Positions 51,881-64,000 of a stretch of DNA of 64,000 nt are shown one piece after another. The translations under genes and the position numbers were made by a program. Each line of letters begins with the position of its first letter. Positions within the stretch are counted from its first letter, which is position 1. The notes beneath the pieces are model-generated. The model had not been told where the DNA came from and did no database searches. It was given only the letters and a program-made list of their open reading frames with translations. The stretch is from Camelus ferus. Its lineage: Eukaryota. The stretch lies in NCBI RefSeq assembly GCF_009834535.1, contig NC_045697.1:55182001-55246000 (forward strand), written 5' to 3'.

Positions 51881-51944
51881 GAAAAAGCAGCCTCACCTTT
51901 TTTTCTAGTAAGTATTAGAGCAAATAGTATTTAATGGTCAGTTC

Positions 51945-52170
51945 AGCATTTTTCAAAGTATGCTTCAAAGAGCTGCCTGTTTGGGCTTATAATAGGTGTT
52001 ATCTAACAGAGTTTCATGGTAAAATAAATTTGGGAAATACTTGATTAAACAAAATTAAACAGGTTTCTTTACTATAGGACTTAGACTTTAATATCTTAAT
52101 ACTCATTCTAAAATTCTAAGAAGGAACATTAACTTTATTTGACTAAGGAATATTTTTACCTTAAAGTAGC
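51945..52170. mobile_element. Probable hAT-Charlie relic (MER103-like)
   Basis: 'cagcatttttcaaagtatg...aaataaatttgggaaatact...ttaaacaggtttctttactataggactt'. Confidence 0.5.
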
Positions 52171-54149
52171 ACATTTAATTTTCTATAAGATAACAGATAT
52201 GCCAGTTTCTAGATTCTAGTTCATTAGCTTCCCAAACTTGAAGGCTGAATGAGGAGGTGGCATTGTAAAAATACTTATAAAATGTCTAGCAAATGCAATA
52301 GGTATGAATACCTACTTAGGGTATTCAATCAAAGTTAAAATGAATACAGATATTATCATAATCAAAGTAATTCATTTAGCCAGTCCTTTCCTTGTAAACT
52401 AGTATTAAGGTTACAATACCTGAATTATTCAAATAAAAACCTAAATTGCTATATTGTCCCAAGCTGTAAATATGAGACTGATAAACCTGGGCCTACTACA
52501 TTGTAAGCATTTAGAAACCTTGAGTTTAGCCAAAGGAAAAAAAAGCATTATAAGTATGAATATGAAAGGTGTTTGGATTGGGGAGATCATAGATTTTTTT
52601 TGTTGGAGGAGTGGTGGTTCATGAGGGCCTATAAGTTGAGTTAAAGTACAATTGATTGTCTAATAGGGAAAGTTACAAGTGAAAGGAGGCTTATTAATAA
52701 CTATGTCAGGATAATATGCAAAAAAAAGAATCTGTTCTTGCAAATTTGGGAATTTATTTGGGAAAGAAGGTTTTTCAAAAGGAAACTTAAGAACAAACTT
52801 GAAATTTATCAATATTGCAAATTTTATCTTTTTTTCTTAAAATTCAGAAAAAAGTGCTTCAATAAGATTTTTAAGTACATCAAGATTTTAAAGGTAACTG
52901 TTAGATTCCTTAATCTTCAGCTTTAGGTTTTTATCTTTGGTTAAAAACATACACACAATTTTATCAGCCCACTTGTATATATGAACCATTGGGAAGGGAG
53001 GAGTTGTGGAAACATTGGACCTGAATGATTTGTTAATTATATTCATAATATTCTCATTCCAAGGTACTATAGTGTCTTATAGAAATGTGGCTTACTTATG
53101 TCATATATGCAAGAGATCCACTTGTATATACTGTTATATCAGAGCATCAGAGCAGGGCATTTCTCTGTAATTAGATTTTGTTTTACAATTCCATTACATG
53201 GCCTGTGGGTTCATGATTTGGGACTGTGTTCTGGTATTTATCAAGACAATTCTATGGACTTTGAGCTACACAATTTATTCCTCTAACGCAATCTGTGAAA
53301 ATACAATAAAGTGTTGGGGAGGGGTGTGAGAAACAAAGGCAGATGGCATGAATGATGTCTCATTTTTCTGACAAAGAATATAACAAGGATGGAAAATGAT
53401 ACACCGTGACTCCATTGCAGTGACAAAGATTATAATGAGAATCTGTATCAACATAACTGACTGCATTCTCCTTATATATCCTATGAATTGTCGTCTTTTC
53501 ATCCTCCTGGGAGGCTGTACCCATTCTCCACTGACGGTGGGGTCTTCCACAGAGCTCTACTTCTATTTGCTTTAAAAATATTTTTGGTATAAATGGACCA
53601 TTAGGAAAAGCAAGTAATAAAATTTTCAAAATTGATGCTGGAGCTCTTTCTAGTAACTGATCAAGAAGAGATCTTTTATTTGCCACTGTGAAAGGATAGT
53701 AGTTGGCACTTTTTGATTAAAGCAATGCTTTTTATTAAACTGTCTCTTTACTCTGGGACAAATAAAGCCTAAGTGTTGTGGTGTTTACAGACCAAGACTT
53801 AGGTAGGAGTTTGGATAAAATGATAAAGAAAAAAGTTAATTAAGAGTGAGAGTCTAGGGAGTTTTCATTTTTTAAAAAATGGCATTGATATTTTATTGCA
53901 ATAATATATAAAATTATCTAGTCATATTTTGAAAACTGAAATGTTATAAATTTACAAGTGGTAGTCTTAAGTATTTTATAGCAATATATAACATAAACTA
54001 TTTGTAGAATAAAAAAACATGGTGAAGTGATTTACTGTAAAAAAGATACATGGCATGGAGTTTGAGTCCTAACAATTTTGAATAGACTATTGAGTTTTAA
54101 AAACAATAACTTCCTTAATTAATAAAATATAAAATAAAATAACATCAAA

Positions 54150-55150
54150 TATACAGTAAAATAGTACAAGCATTACCAAGCTACAACCAAAGCTTTTACA
54201 TGTTACACAGTATTGTCTCGATGGTCCAAACTCATGTGATGTGTCAAAAAATAAATAAAGGAAATAATACTGGAAATGCAGTCACAAAAATATCAAGGCA
54301 ATTTAATTGTTATTGAGAAAATCTATCTAAAAAAATCAACCAAAAATCAACAGTGGTTAGTATTTTTCCTCAATCTTAGTAATAAGTCAATTAAAAACAA
54401 AGTTATCTACAGTAGATATAAAGCCTAAAAGGAAATGACAACACCTAAAACACCTAAAAGGAAATGACAAACTCTATACAAAATAGTCATGGAGAGATAC
54501 AAATAAAGCTCAAATGAAAGGTGAGACATACTGGATTTTCCAGCTAAAAGTTTTGATTAATATTCCAATAGTTTTACGGAAACCCTTGACAATTTAATTC
54601 TGTATCTCACATGGTAGAATAATTGTTGTAAATTAGCTAATTAAATTTTAGGGAGCGTTTAGTATGTTAGATATCAAATTGTACTCTCAAACTATAATGA
54701 CTAAAATCTGATATTATCTAGCATGGAAATAGACTAAATTAGAGCTTGATATAGATTGTGTATATATGAATGATATAAGAAATTGTGTTTCAAAACTGTA
54801 TAAATATATAATTATTCAATAGCTTTAAACAATTTGGCATAGAAAATGGAATAAAATATTCATACCTTACATTAATCATAACATATTTCACATCTATATT
54901 CAATCTACATATCAGATCTAAAATTATGAGAGAGCTAGTATAAAATATAGCAGCAGATATTTTATAATCTTAACATAGGGTATGAACACCGAAAAACTTC
55001 TGTATGGCAAATGACACTATTAATAAGAGGATAAACATTGGAAAAATAAAATTAGGTGATATATTTGTCACCTATCCATTTGTCAGAGGCCTAAAAGATT
55101 AATAATCATATTGATGAGAATCCATGGAGATAGGAAAAATGCTTGTAAGA
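54150..55150 (+). mobile_element. Very old, heavily decayed L1 ORF2 relic
   Basis: A-rich sense strand with residual L1 words ('aaaatcaacag', 'aaaaacttctgtatggcaaatgacac'). Confidence 0.45.
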
Positions 55151-55599
55151 ATCTTTCTTAGACGGGGGATATTTTTCTGGAGCACTCAGATGTCCATAAA
55201 GAATAGGAAGGTTCTTGATAAGGAATACCAGGATGCAATTTTAAAACCTAAATGAATCTATAAGCACTGACATTTTGAAGACTCTACAATAAGTTCTTAA
55301 GTGGGTAGGGGAAGGTTAACAATTTATGGAATATGTGGAAAGAATTACACCACTTTTGTGGGGTAATTTAGTTTTATTTATATATATATGTATATATATA
55401 AGTACTCTTTAAATGTAAAAATAGATAACTGAATGTTTATACTTTGTATACTACTTTTATATTTTTGAGGAGCAAGTATTGATTTTATAAATGAAAAATG
55501 AAAATAGATAAGAGAATATACATAAGAGAAACCCATTCTCGTGGATCTTTTGCCACTTCCCAGCTTAAAATTTTTTGATTTTTTTTTTTCCTTATAAGA

Positions 55600-56200
55600 T
55601 AGATCTCAAGTTTCTAGCTGTATCTTTTAAGACCTTTTACCTTTGGGCAAAGGCTACAGATTTCTATCCATCCATGTTACTGCCAATTATTTCAGTAACT
55701 ATTCAGCTTCTTCAACATGGGACTATTTTGTTGGATAAACACACCATGGAAACTCGTCTTCCATGACTTTGCTCATGTTGTTACCTTTGCCCGGATTTAT
55801 GTTACCTTCTTCCTTACCAGCAAAACTCTTCTTCAGCGTTCAGATTCCTTTCTAATGTCATTACCTTTCATCCAAGTTCCCCAAGGGTTAACAGAATGCT
55901 TAGGCAAATTAGGTAGCACATCAGTGTCTTGGTTTTCTCATCTGCAGAATGGGAGGATTATGTGAGATAATATCCACAAAATACTTATAGTGGTTCCTGA
56001 CACATGGCACTCACTAAATGGTAGCTGTTATCAGCTGTACTTCTTTGAGTTCCTGTAATACTTCTTAGATCCTTTCATGGGGGCAATTACTACTTCCTGT
56101 CATAGTTATTTCACTACTCTCTATAACTTGTAACATAAGTGTATTTTGTGACTTTTACAAAGCGTTACATACAATATGCTCTAAATAATACTGATTGAAT
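55600..56200 (+). mobile_element. L2 relic with nested MIR (about 55880-56030)
   Basis: 'ctttgctcatgttgttacctttgcc' (L2) and 'ggttttctcatctgcagaatgggaggatta...cctgacacatggcactcactaaatggtagc' (MIR). Confidence 0.55.
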
Positions 56201-59200
56201 AAGCAGGCTATGTCCATTTTCATGTTGAAAAAGAGGTAAGATATACAATATTAATAGTACAAGATAAAATTCTGTATATTAAGATTTTAAAGATATTTCA
56301 GAGGTTGAATCACAGAAATGTATCTTTCCTTGGGAAGAGCAGGTAGTTAATTAGTTTGCTATCATTTAGCTACTTTAGGGTAGAGCCTAATTTTTTAAAC
56401 CTGGGCCAATCCCCATGTGATAATATTGTTTCAAGGTAAGTATCTGCATCGCATTCCTGGCCAACAATAGAGGATGTAAACCATACTCCTTCTGGACCTG
56501 ACATAGGGCCTGCATTTGACAAATGATATTGAAAAAAAACACTCAATAGGTTATTTTTTTCTGAGAATAAAACCTCAAGTTTATTAACAAATCACACATG
56601 AATGCAGAAGGTAGCAAGCAATGGGTTATGGCAGGTTGTCGGAATTACGTGGTCAGTTCTTTAATACTCACAGTGTATCTTTTCTTGGATTTATTTTGAC
56701 TGTCGAAAAGCTGTAGAACAATCATCTTTGGGACCCTTTACATCTCTGCTTTTCCCAGAATGCAGTTGCTTTTAATGAACTGAACTTTGGCATAATGCAT
56801 CAGCCTGTGCTGAGGTGTGATTGAAAAGGGAGCCTCGTTACTATACTTCATTTATAGTATAGTACAGCCTCTTACCGTAGGCACTAAGAAGATCTTGTTG
56901 AGGAGATTCATCATATTGAACTATATCCTGTTTTCTGAGAATGCAAGCAAGTAGTATCTTAGGACCCAGGGCCTGGGAATAGTAATGCTTCCTTTGAGTA
57001 GCTAGCACACTTGTGCAGTCTAAATCCAGAAACTGTATCTGCTGTTTTTTATTGTTGATAATAAGCTTGGAGCCAAATAATCGATCTTTGTGAAGGATTT
57101 TAAGGAATACATCTTGTTTGTAAACCTCACTTTAATTTTAATGCATTTGCTATAATTATTGTACTTTAACATACTTTCTTGTATTTGATTTGAGGTGAGT
57201 TAAATTCTTTTGGTGGTCATATTTACAAACATAGTATTTCCATGTCAGCATTCATTAAATTTTGGTAGGCATCATGCCCTTTGATAGAGTAACAGACTCG
57301 GAGTTTTAGAGAAAGTCAGTGACTATAGCATGTCAAAAATCCACTTAGCCAATAAAAATGGTATTACGTGATAGAATCTTCCACTTCTAATAAATGGTCT
57401 TCCATTATTACCTTGCTTTCCCCTCAGAAAGAGAATTTTAAAGTTTATAGCCAGTCATTTCTTAATATAAGATGAAATACTGACAAAAATCTTATAATTG
57501 ATATATATTCCAATTTTTATATGTAACACATATTTCTCATGTCCGTCTTGTAACTGTAAGAATCTTACTGGATAAGTCCATTATTTTAAACTTCACATTG
57601 CACAGTGCCATGTGGAGTGTCTAATAAGTACTTACTTGGGTTGAAATTTCTATTGAACACTCTTGGTATCAAAAGTCCACAAAGTGGCCAAGCTAATTGC
57701 ATGAGAAATGACAACTACTCAATTGAAGTGTGTGTGTGTTCTTAAGTAACCCTTGGAGGATCCAGCATTTTGACTGAGACAATCAGATTGTATTTTCTGG
57801 AAATTTTTAAGTAGAATATGGATTTGATTATATATGGTAACTGACTTTTAAGATGATAAAGACCTAGGTGTTAAGAACAATATTTTGGTGGTGGTGGGGT
57901 TATGGGTAAGTTGAAGCTGCATTTAGAAAAGGAAAAAAATAACAATAGAGAGAAACAGAAAAATAAAAAAAAAAAAACAGTACATCATGTGGCAAACAAA
58001 TATTAATTATGTAAAGCAAAATTACCCGGATTTCCAATGATGCTCCCTTCCTGATTCCTATCCTTCCTGTGCTTTCAAGTGTTTCCTCTATCTGCTCAAT
58101 CTGTAAAGAGAGGATTTTTGTTTATTGTAAGGCTATTAAGACATAACTGAAGTAAAGCAATTCAGGAAATACTAGTGAGGTTTTCTGGGCCAGGTCTTTT
58201 CAGAGCTACTTAAATTCTCACTCTACTTGCAAAAGATAAAAACAAGAACCTATATGCAAAGAACTGAGTGAAAGAGGTTAACTCTGACTTTGTCTTTTCT
58301 TCAAGAACAAGTCAGGTAGCTGGAACAAGTCATATTAATGTTGATCTGTATAGCATTATAGACTACAAATACAAAAGATTGGAGTGAAATTTCATTGTTT
58401 ACCACTTGAATAAGCTTTGAGTTGATAAAGTGTTGCTTGAAGTAACCTAGTGTTCAGTAACTTATATTCCATAAATTTGGTTGTGGGAGTCGGGGAGTTG
58501 TTTATCAGTGGGGTTTGATTCCACCTATGTGGAGGAGTGGCTAGACTTTCAAAACACCTAGAAAGACAAGGATCGATAATTAAACCGATGAGAAATACCT
58601 CAGAATGAGTAGTCTCCTTATCAGCTCTGCTTAAGGCTAGATTCAGAATCTTAAAACTTCAAACTTGGTTTCATTTCTTGTTTTCTCTTGAACAAAAGCA
58701 TTTAGTTCAGCTCTCCTGTGAGATAAGCAGTTGATGGGCTAAATGGATTTAGTGACTCCAGTCCATACCAGTAGCCGATAAGGTAGAGAATTGATTTTAT
58801 TTATTGGCAAAAATGAAATCTCTCTTGCATTAATGGTAGACAGGTATTTCCAAGAAATACCCTTAGCTTTTAACCTCCTCAACCACTGGCCTGCAGACTC
58901 GCTGGTCAAAAACAAAACTACACCTGGGAGAAGTCATGGGTTTAGTCTTAAAGAAACTAATTCAACTTCATTCATATTTTTATTTAGAGCCAACATACAT
59001 AATCTTGGAGCTGTAATTAAATGAAGGGAAATGATTATTGATTTTATTGCATTCAAAACTGTACACACATTTCAAAAGGCTGTAGTCTGTTCTCTGTATG
59101 GTCACATTACCACCTGAGGTTTGCACAGCTAATTAGTATCTTAATTTATTTTATTACCCAGAGTAAAACAGCCCAGAGGAGTCTTTCCTAGAAAAGCTGC

Positions 59201-60339
59201 CAATATGTTTCCCCAAAGACCTTTCTTACCTGTGAAGTAAATACATATAACAAAGGGAAATACTCTTATGTTGTTGTTCAGGGTGTGCAATTTTTAATAG
59301 TCCATGTGTAATTTTCTGGTGAGATTAGTTGTGAAAAGTAAACTAAAATTATGAAACAATATTTTATTTTAAAGTCTCTTCAAGAAGAGTAATTTTATTA
59401 AGATATAGCATGCACATGAATATATATTGCTGTATTTTATAAAGGTAACTTTAAAATTGGTGCTTGTACTTTTATAAATTTTGTTGAAACTGATCCTGTA
59501 GGTATATTTCAATATTCATGATGTGTAAAACTGCTACAAAACAAAGTTTTGTAGTTAAATACAGAAATATTTTTATTCTAGTCTATAATTTTGGAATTGT
59601 TAGTGAGATTATTCAGAGTATAAAGTACTGCAGAAAAATTATTTTAAAACTCTTAATTTGAGGTGATAGATAAATATATATGTACATGTATACATCAGGC
59701 AAGGTATTTAATATTTTATTAGAAAATAGTCTGTTCTTTCATTTAGACTGTTAATGAGTAAAGCTGACTAAACAGAAATAAAAATGATAAATGTAGAAGA
59801 AGTTTGTGGAATAAAAGTATCCATGTATATCAGTAGGCATTACTGACTTTTAAATATTCAGGAGACCTTTAAAACAATTTTAACAATTCATGAAAGAAGT
59901 GCCATTGTAATCAAAATGAAGGTGTTCACTTTGGTTAAAAACAGCAAGATTGGAGGTGCCAATATTAGATTATCCAGGCATAAGGACTGATTCTAACATT
60001 TACTGGCCCTATGACTTTGGGCAAGTTATGAAATCTTTTGGGGACCTTACAGATTAAAAAAAAATGTGAATGATGATGAGATCTTTTAACATTAATTTTA
60101 AATTTTGCTCTTTGGAGTTTTAGAATCCAAATAGTAACATGTAGAATACCTGAACTATGTTAACTATTATCCTTACTCTTCCAGTTTTTCTTATGGTGTT
60201 TAACAAAATAATCAACAAGCTTTTTTTGAAACTTGTGTGTTTTCTTTTAGTGTTCTTTATTATGTGGATGATCATTTTCCCTGTTTAAAGAAAACCCATA
60301 CAGTACTTAAAGGCTATGGGTATTGGTTTACTTGCTCTT

Positions 60340-61110
60340 TTATTGAATTAACATACTTAATGAAGTGCCTGTGGTGTTAAGCACTTGGCCAGTTTTGTAA
60401 CAGAGGAAAAACATAGATATGCTTTTATGCTTTCATGGAAATGTTTAATCTAGCAAGGGATATTGACAAATAAGAACATATTTTAAATACTAAGAAGAGA
60501 TTATTTTAGATCTGATTATTTTAGATCAGATTATAAGGCATTATTTTATTCTGAAACAAAATTTCTAAGAAATTGCCAATTAACCTTGTACATAAAGGAT
60601 GAGAAGAAATGTTATACTAGTAGATAAAGGAAGAAAGTTCTTGAGCAACAAGGGCAAATACCTTAATTTACGAGAGATGATTTGTTCGAAGGCATTTCAG
60701 AAGGTTGTTATTTTGGACTATAATGGGTTGGAGGACTGGCATGATAGGAGTTTTGTAAGAAAGGCTCAAACAACATCATTCAGGGATTTGTAAGTTAGGG
60801 AAAGAATTTTTATTGATTCTAGACGTAATAGTGAAAAATTAAAGGCTTTAAGCAGTTTGCATAATGTGATTTTATTTATGTTATCCCTCACTGATAACTG
60901 GGTAGGAACAGACTAAGAATAAAAAGATGGCAAAGACTTAGGAGTTACCCAGACATCTAGATGTGATGATGGCTTAGACGAGGTAGGTGGCATTAAGAGT
61001 GAGAGAAGTAGATGAGATTAGAGAGATCAGGTGGAGGTAGAACAGACAAGGACTTGATTGGCTGATTGTAGTGTGTGAGAGACGGAGGAGTCAAAAAATG
61101 CCTTCTAGTA
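60340..61110 (-). mobile_element. L2 relic
   Basis: 'ttattgaattaacatacttaatgaagtgcct' antisense L2 tail; 'gatgtgatgatggcttagac...ggaggtagaacagacaaggacttgattgg...ggagtcaa' L2-like. Confidence 0.6.
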
Positions 61111-64000
61111 GCTGAGTGTCCCTGAAGCTGTAATTTGACTAAATAATGTTAACTTTTAGTAGAATGAAACGTACACACAGCAGTTTGTATATGTTAAAAA
61201 ATGGAATAACTACATAAATGCCAAATTATTGCTGATAGTAAAGGAAGATCCACTGAGATGTATACTGTTTCTGTAGAAATCTAAAGAGAATAATATCTTT
61301 CCATTTAAAAGATTCTTGAGATTGAATGTTCATTTTTTATTATCCCTGTATGTTTCCATAGTGGTTTTTTGGAAAAATTTTAGACATTACTGGCTTCAGA
61401 TGCATTTTCCAAAATGGCATCACATTCTGATACGTAAGACCTTGTGAAGAACTTGGTATTGTTGCTGAGGAGACTGGTGGGAAGAACATGTAACAGACAA
61501 AGTTGGTGCTTCAGATTAGGAGTGTTTGCAGGAGCAATTAAAATATTTAACTTATTTCAGTAGGTTAATAAACATTACGTGCTCCTAAGTACTTGAAAAC
61601 TGTAAAGGTTAAAAAAAAATCTTGCAGCATTTTAGAAGAGTGCATGCTTCCACTCACAATCCCCTTGTCACTTGAATAGCACTCAATGCACTGAAAATTA
61701 TAGCTATTACAGAAGAAATTGCAAGTTAAATGCAGGGAAGTGTATAAACTACGTTTATCACCAACACAGTGCTAAACACTACCCATCCCAGTATGATACC
61801 ATCAGCGAAAGCCATAGAAATTGTGACACCTGTGTCTCATTCGGTATTTCTTTCACTTTTGTATGTCATGACCATAAATTTAATCTTTTCAGCAAATGTG
61901 GGTGTTTTTTTCCCCTTAGTTCTCTGGGTACCTGCTAAACACCTATCTGTCTCTGTGACCAGAATTTTTTTGAATGAGCACAAGACATAGTGTTGTCCGG
62001 TGATTCAAGCTTGGTCTGTTTATACTATACTAGTTGACATTCTTCTGAGGTCTCCTTTTATTAAAATAGTAGTTATATAGCTGAAAATTAGATTCTAATC
62101 TTCATTTGATCTATTGAATATTGCAGAATTGAACACACTATCTTTTATCTTGAACAGGGAATGGCCCTCTCTTTATCTAATAGTTCAATAGTGGCAAGAG
62201 AAACAACAATAAATCCAATCTACAAAAACATTAACAATTCTCAAGCTCTTTCAACTAGTATTCTTAATTCTCTTTCCCATCAGTGTTTGACCAGAAGTGT
62301 CAAAAAAAAAAAAAAAAAAAAAAGGAAGATGACTTTGTTGATTGACCTTCAATTTCGTTTTTGTTGTAGATAAATATGATCAGGAAAATGGCCTGCAGAT
62401 AGGTGGTTGCAGAGTGAAGAATAACTGGTCCTCATGATTTATAAATTGGAAAATTGGCCCTTGCAATCCCAGGGAATTCACTGAAACTTGAGTAGCTAGT
62501 GACCAAGAATAGCCACACATACAAATGTACAAATGGTTCTAGGAGACTACAAAACTAAAGAATGTGGAAACTTGCCTTTTCCACTAATCCACCGATACCC
62601 TGTTTTTAAATTCTTTTTATTACAGCTCATGTCACACAGAGGACTTGTCTGGATAGCAAATATCATGAATGCAAAGTGCCTCCCTATTTTGCTTAGCAGT
62701 GTATTCTCAGCAAATAACACTATGCCTGGCATAAAATAAATATTTTCTACTTAATACACCCTGATCCATAACCATAACTGTAGCTTTATTAATTCTCTAG
62801 TAGAGGATTCTTATAACTTAACCCTATAGCATAGACAGTTGAATGATCACTTTTATAACATATCCTTGCCTTTCTCATTTCATGATGGAGCTTAAGAACT
62901 GAATTCTTATTGATCCGTTAAAGAATATACTGGTTCAGTGTGAATTCTTAGGCATTAGAATATCCTTGTTAGTTATGAGAACTTGTACATATAGTTTAAG
63001 CTCTAAGCCTCCAGTGTTTTACTTAAGAAGGTGATCCTAATTTTACTTCTATCATTGTTTATGCCAGGAATTAGATAGGTTTTCTTAAATAGAAAATTCC
63101 TTATCAAAGTGCCTGGTACCTTTTAAGCCTTAACAGATGCCAATTATCATCAACAATGGCATTTTAGAATACAAAGGAACCTGGCCCTTAATTTTAGGAT
63201 TCTTAATATTCAAGATTACGGTACTTTAAACTAGTCTCCAATTTGTTATTGGGTTCCTGCTGGCTACAGAAGACACTTTTATATGACTATGGATTGTCTA
63301 ACAATTATGCCTGAGAGTGTCAGAATAGGGCATAACATGGCATTTTAGTCACACGAAGAGTGAAAAAGCACCGGCCGCAATGGAATGGTTGTATCTGCCT
63401 TTTCTAAAGTGCTTTGAGAGATTAAATACCTTAGGCGGGACACTCTTGCTGAGATTCTCATGCCACTTCTCATGTTCCAAGAAAGCTCTTCAGGGAAAGT
63501 CACCTAGAGTGTTCTTAGCGATAATCTACAAATTGCTGTGTGCAGAGAATTGTGTAGAAGGCTTTTGAACCAGTTTTTGCTGCTGATAACTCTTTGTGAC
63601 CACATATTTTACTTACTGCTGCTGATGTGGTTAAAGTAAAACTAAGCCTTGGCTTCGGTGTCCTCTGAGAAGACTGTTTGGGTGTGTTTTCCACAGGGAT
63701 ATGTGTGAGGCTAAATTTTAATGCTGACTTGGGAAATAGCAGTTTTCAGTTTGGGTAACATCTGCTCCAGGTAGTCTTCAACATGCAAAAGATTCACTTT
63801 ACAATACATGAGAAAGAAAGAAATCTCGTGCTGTTATTGGTGTCTTCACATTATAAGAAATGAAGATTTATAATAGTAAAAGTGCAGTTTAAAAGAAATG
63901 TTTGTGGCAAACAGCCAATTAAATTTAGCTGGGAAATGATATATAGAAATGTGAAATAATATAGAAAATATTCAGATGGTACATTTAGCAGTAGTTTCTA

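Noticed and set aside
53360..53686. Longest ORF in the track (108 aa, minus)
   Set aside because: Non-ATG start, no recognisable domain, no supporting splice structure; the length is compatible with chance
61576..61583. TACGTGCT, identical to a HIF response-element core
   Set aside because: A single 8-mer without a clear ancillary element; no support
1..64000. CRISPR arrays, operons, tRNA/rRNA/snRNA genes, miRNA hairpins
   Set aside because: Mammalian repeat-rich DNA; no regularly spaced repeats, tRNA A/B boxes or long clean hairpins seen by eye (an Infernal/Rfam scan would be decisive)

Overview
AT-rich, CpG-depleted eutherian genomic DNA that is intronic or intergenic. I cannot support any protein-coding exon, RNA gene, CpG-island promoter or CRISPR-like array. 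The ORFs provided are chance ORFs or decayed LINE-1 ORF2 pieces. The window is a mosaic of transposable elements: LINE-1 fragments of several ages, ERV1-type solo LTRs, ERVL/MaLR LTRs (LTR16-, LTR33-, MLT1-, MLT2-like), MER5/MER53-like DNA transposon relics, L2 and MIR relics, and microsatellites. The largest L1s are a ~4 kb minus-strand copy at 45.5-49.5 kb and a ~2 kb plus-strand copy at 49.8-51.9 kb. The young L1 3' ends look cetartiodactyl. I recognised no Alu, B1/B2, Bov-A/BovB, PRE-1, CHR or Can-SINE, which suggests a camelid genome (inference). Several unique, CpG-retaining, motif-rich islands (about 11.6-12.1, 14.7-15.9, 56.4-59.3 and 63.3-63.7 kb) look like conserved non-coding or enhancer DNA. 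The best leads are splice-signal patterns: a possible 9-nt microexon with a UGC motif (14811-14819, +), a possible AG|GT recursive splice site (59228-59231, -) and a possible non-coding exon next to an LTR (2046-2131, +). All are hypotheses, and no previously undescribed system can be demonstrated from sequence alone. Repeat family names are from memory of consensus sequences, not from a search, and most boundaries are approximate.
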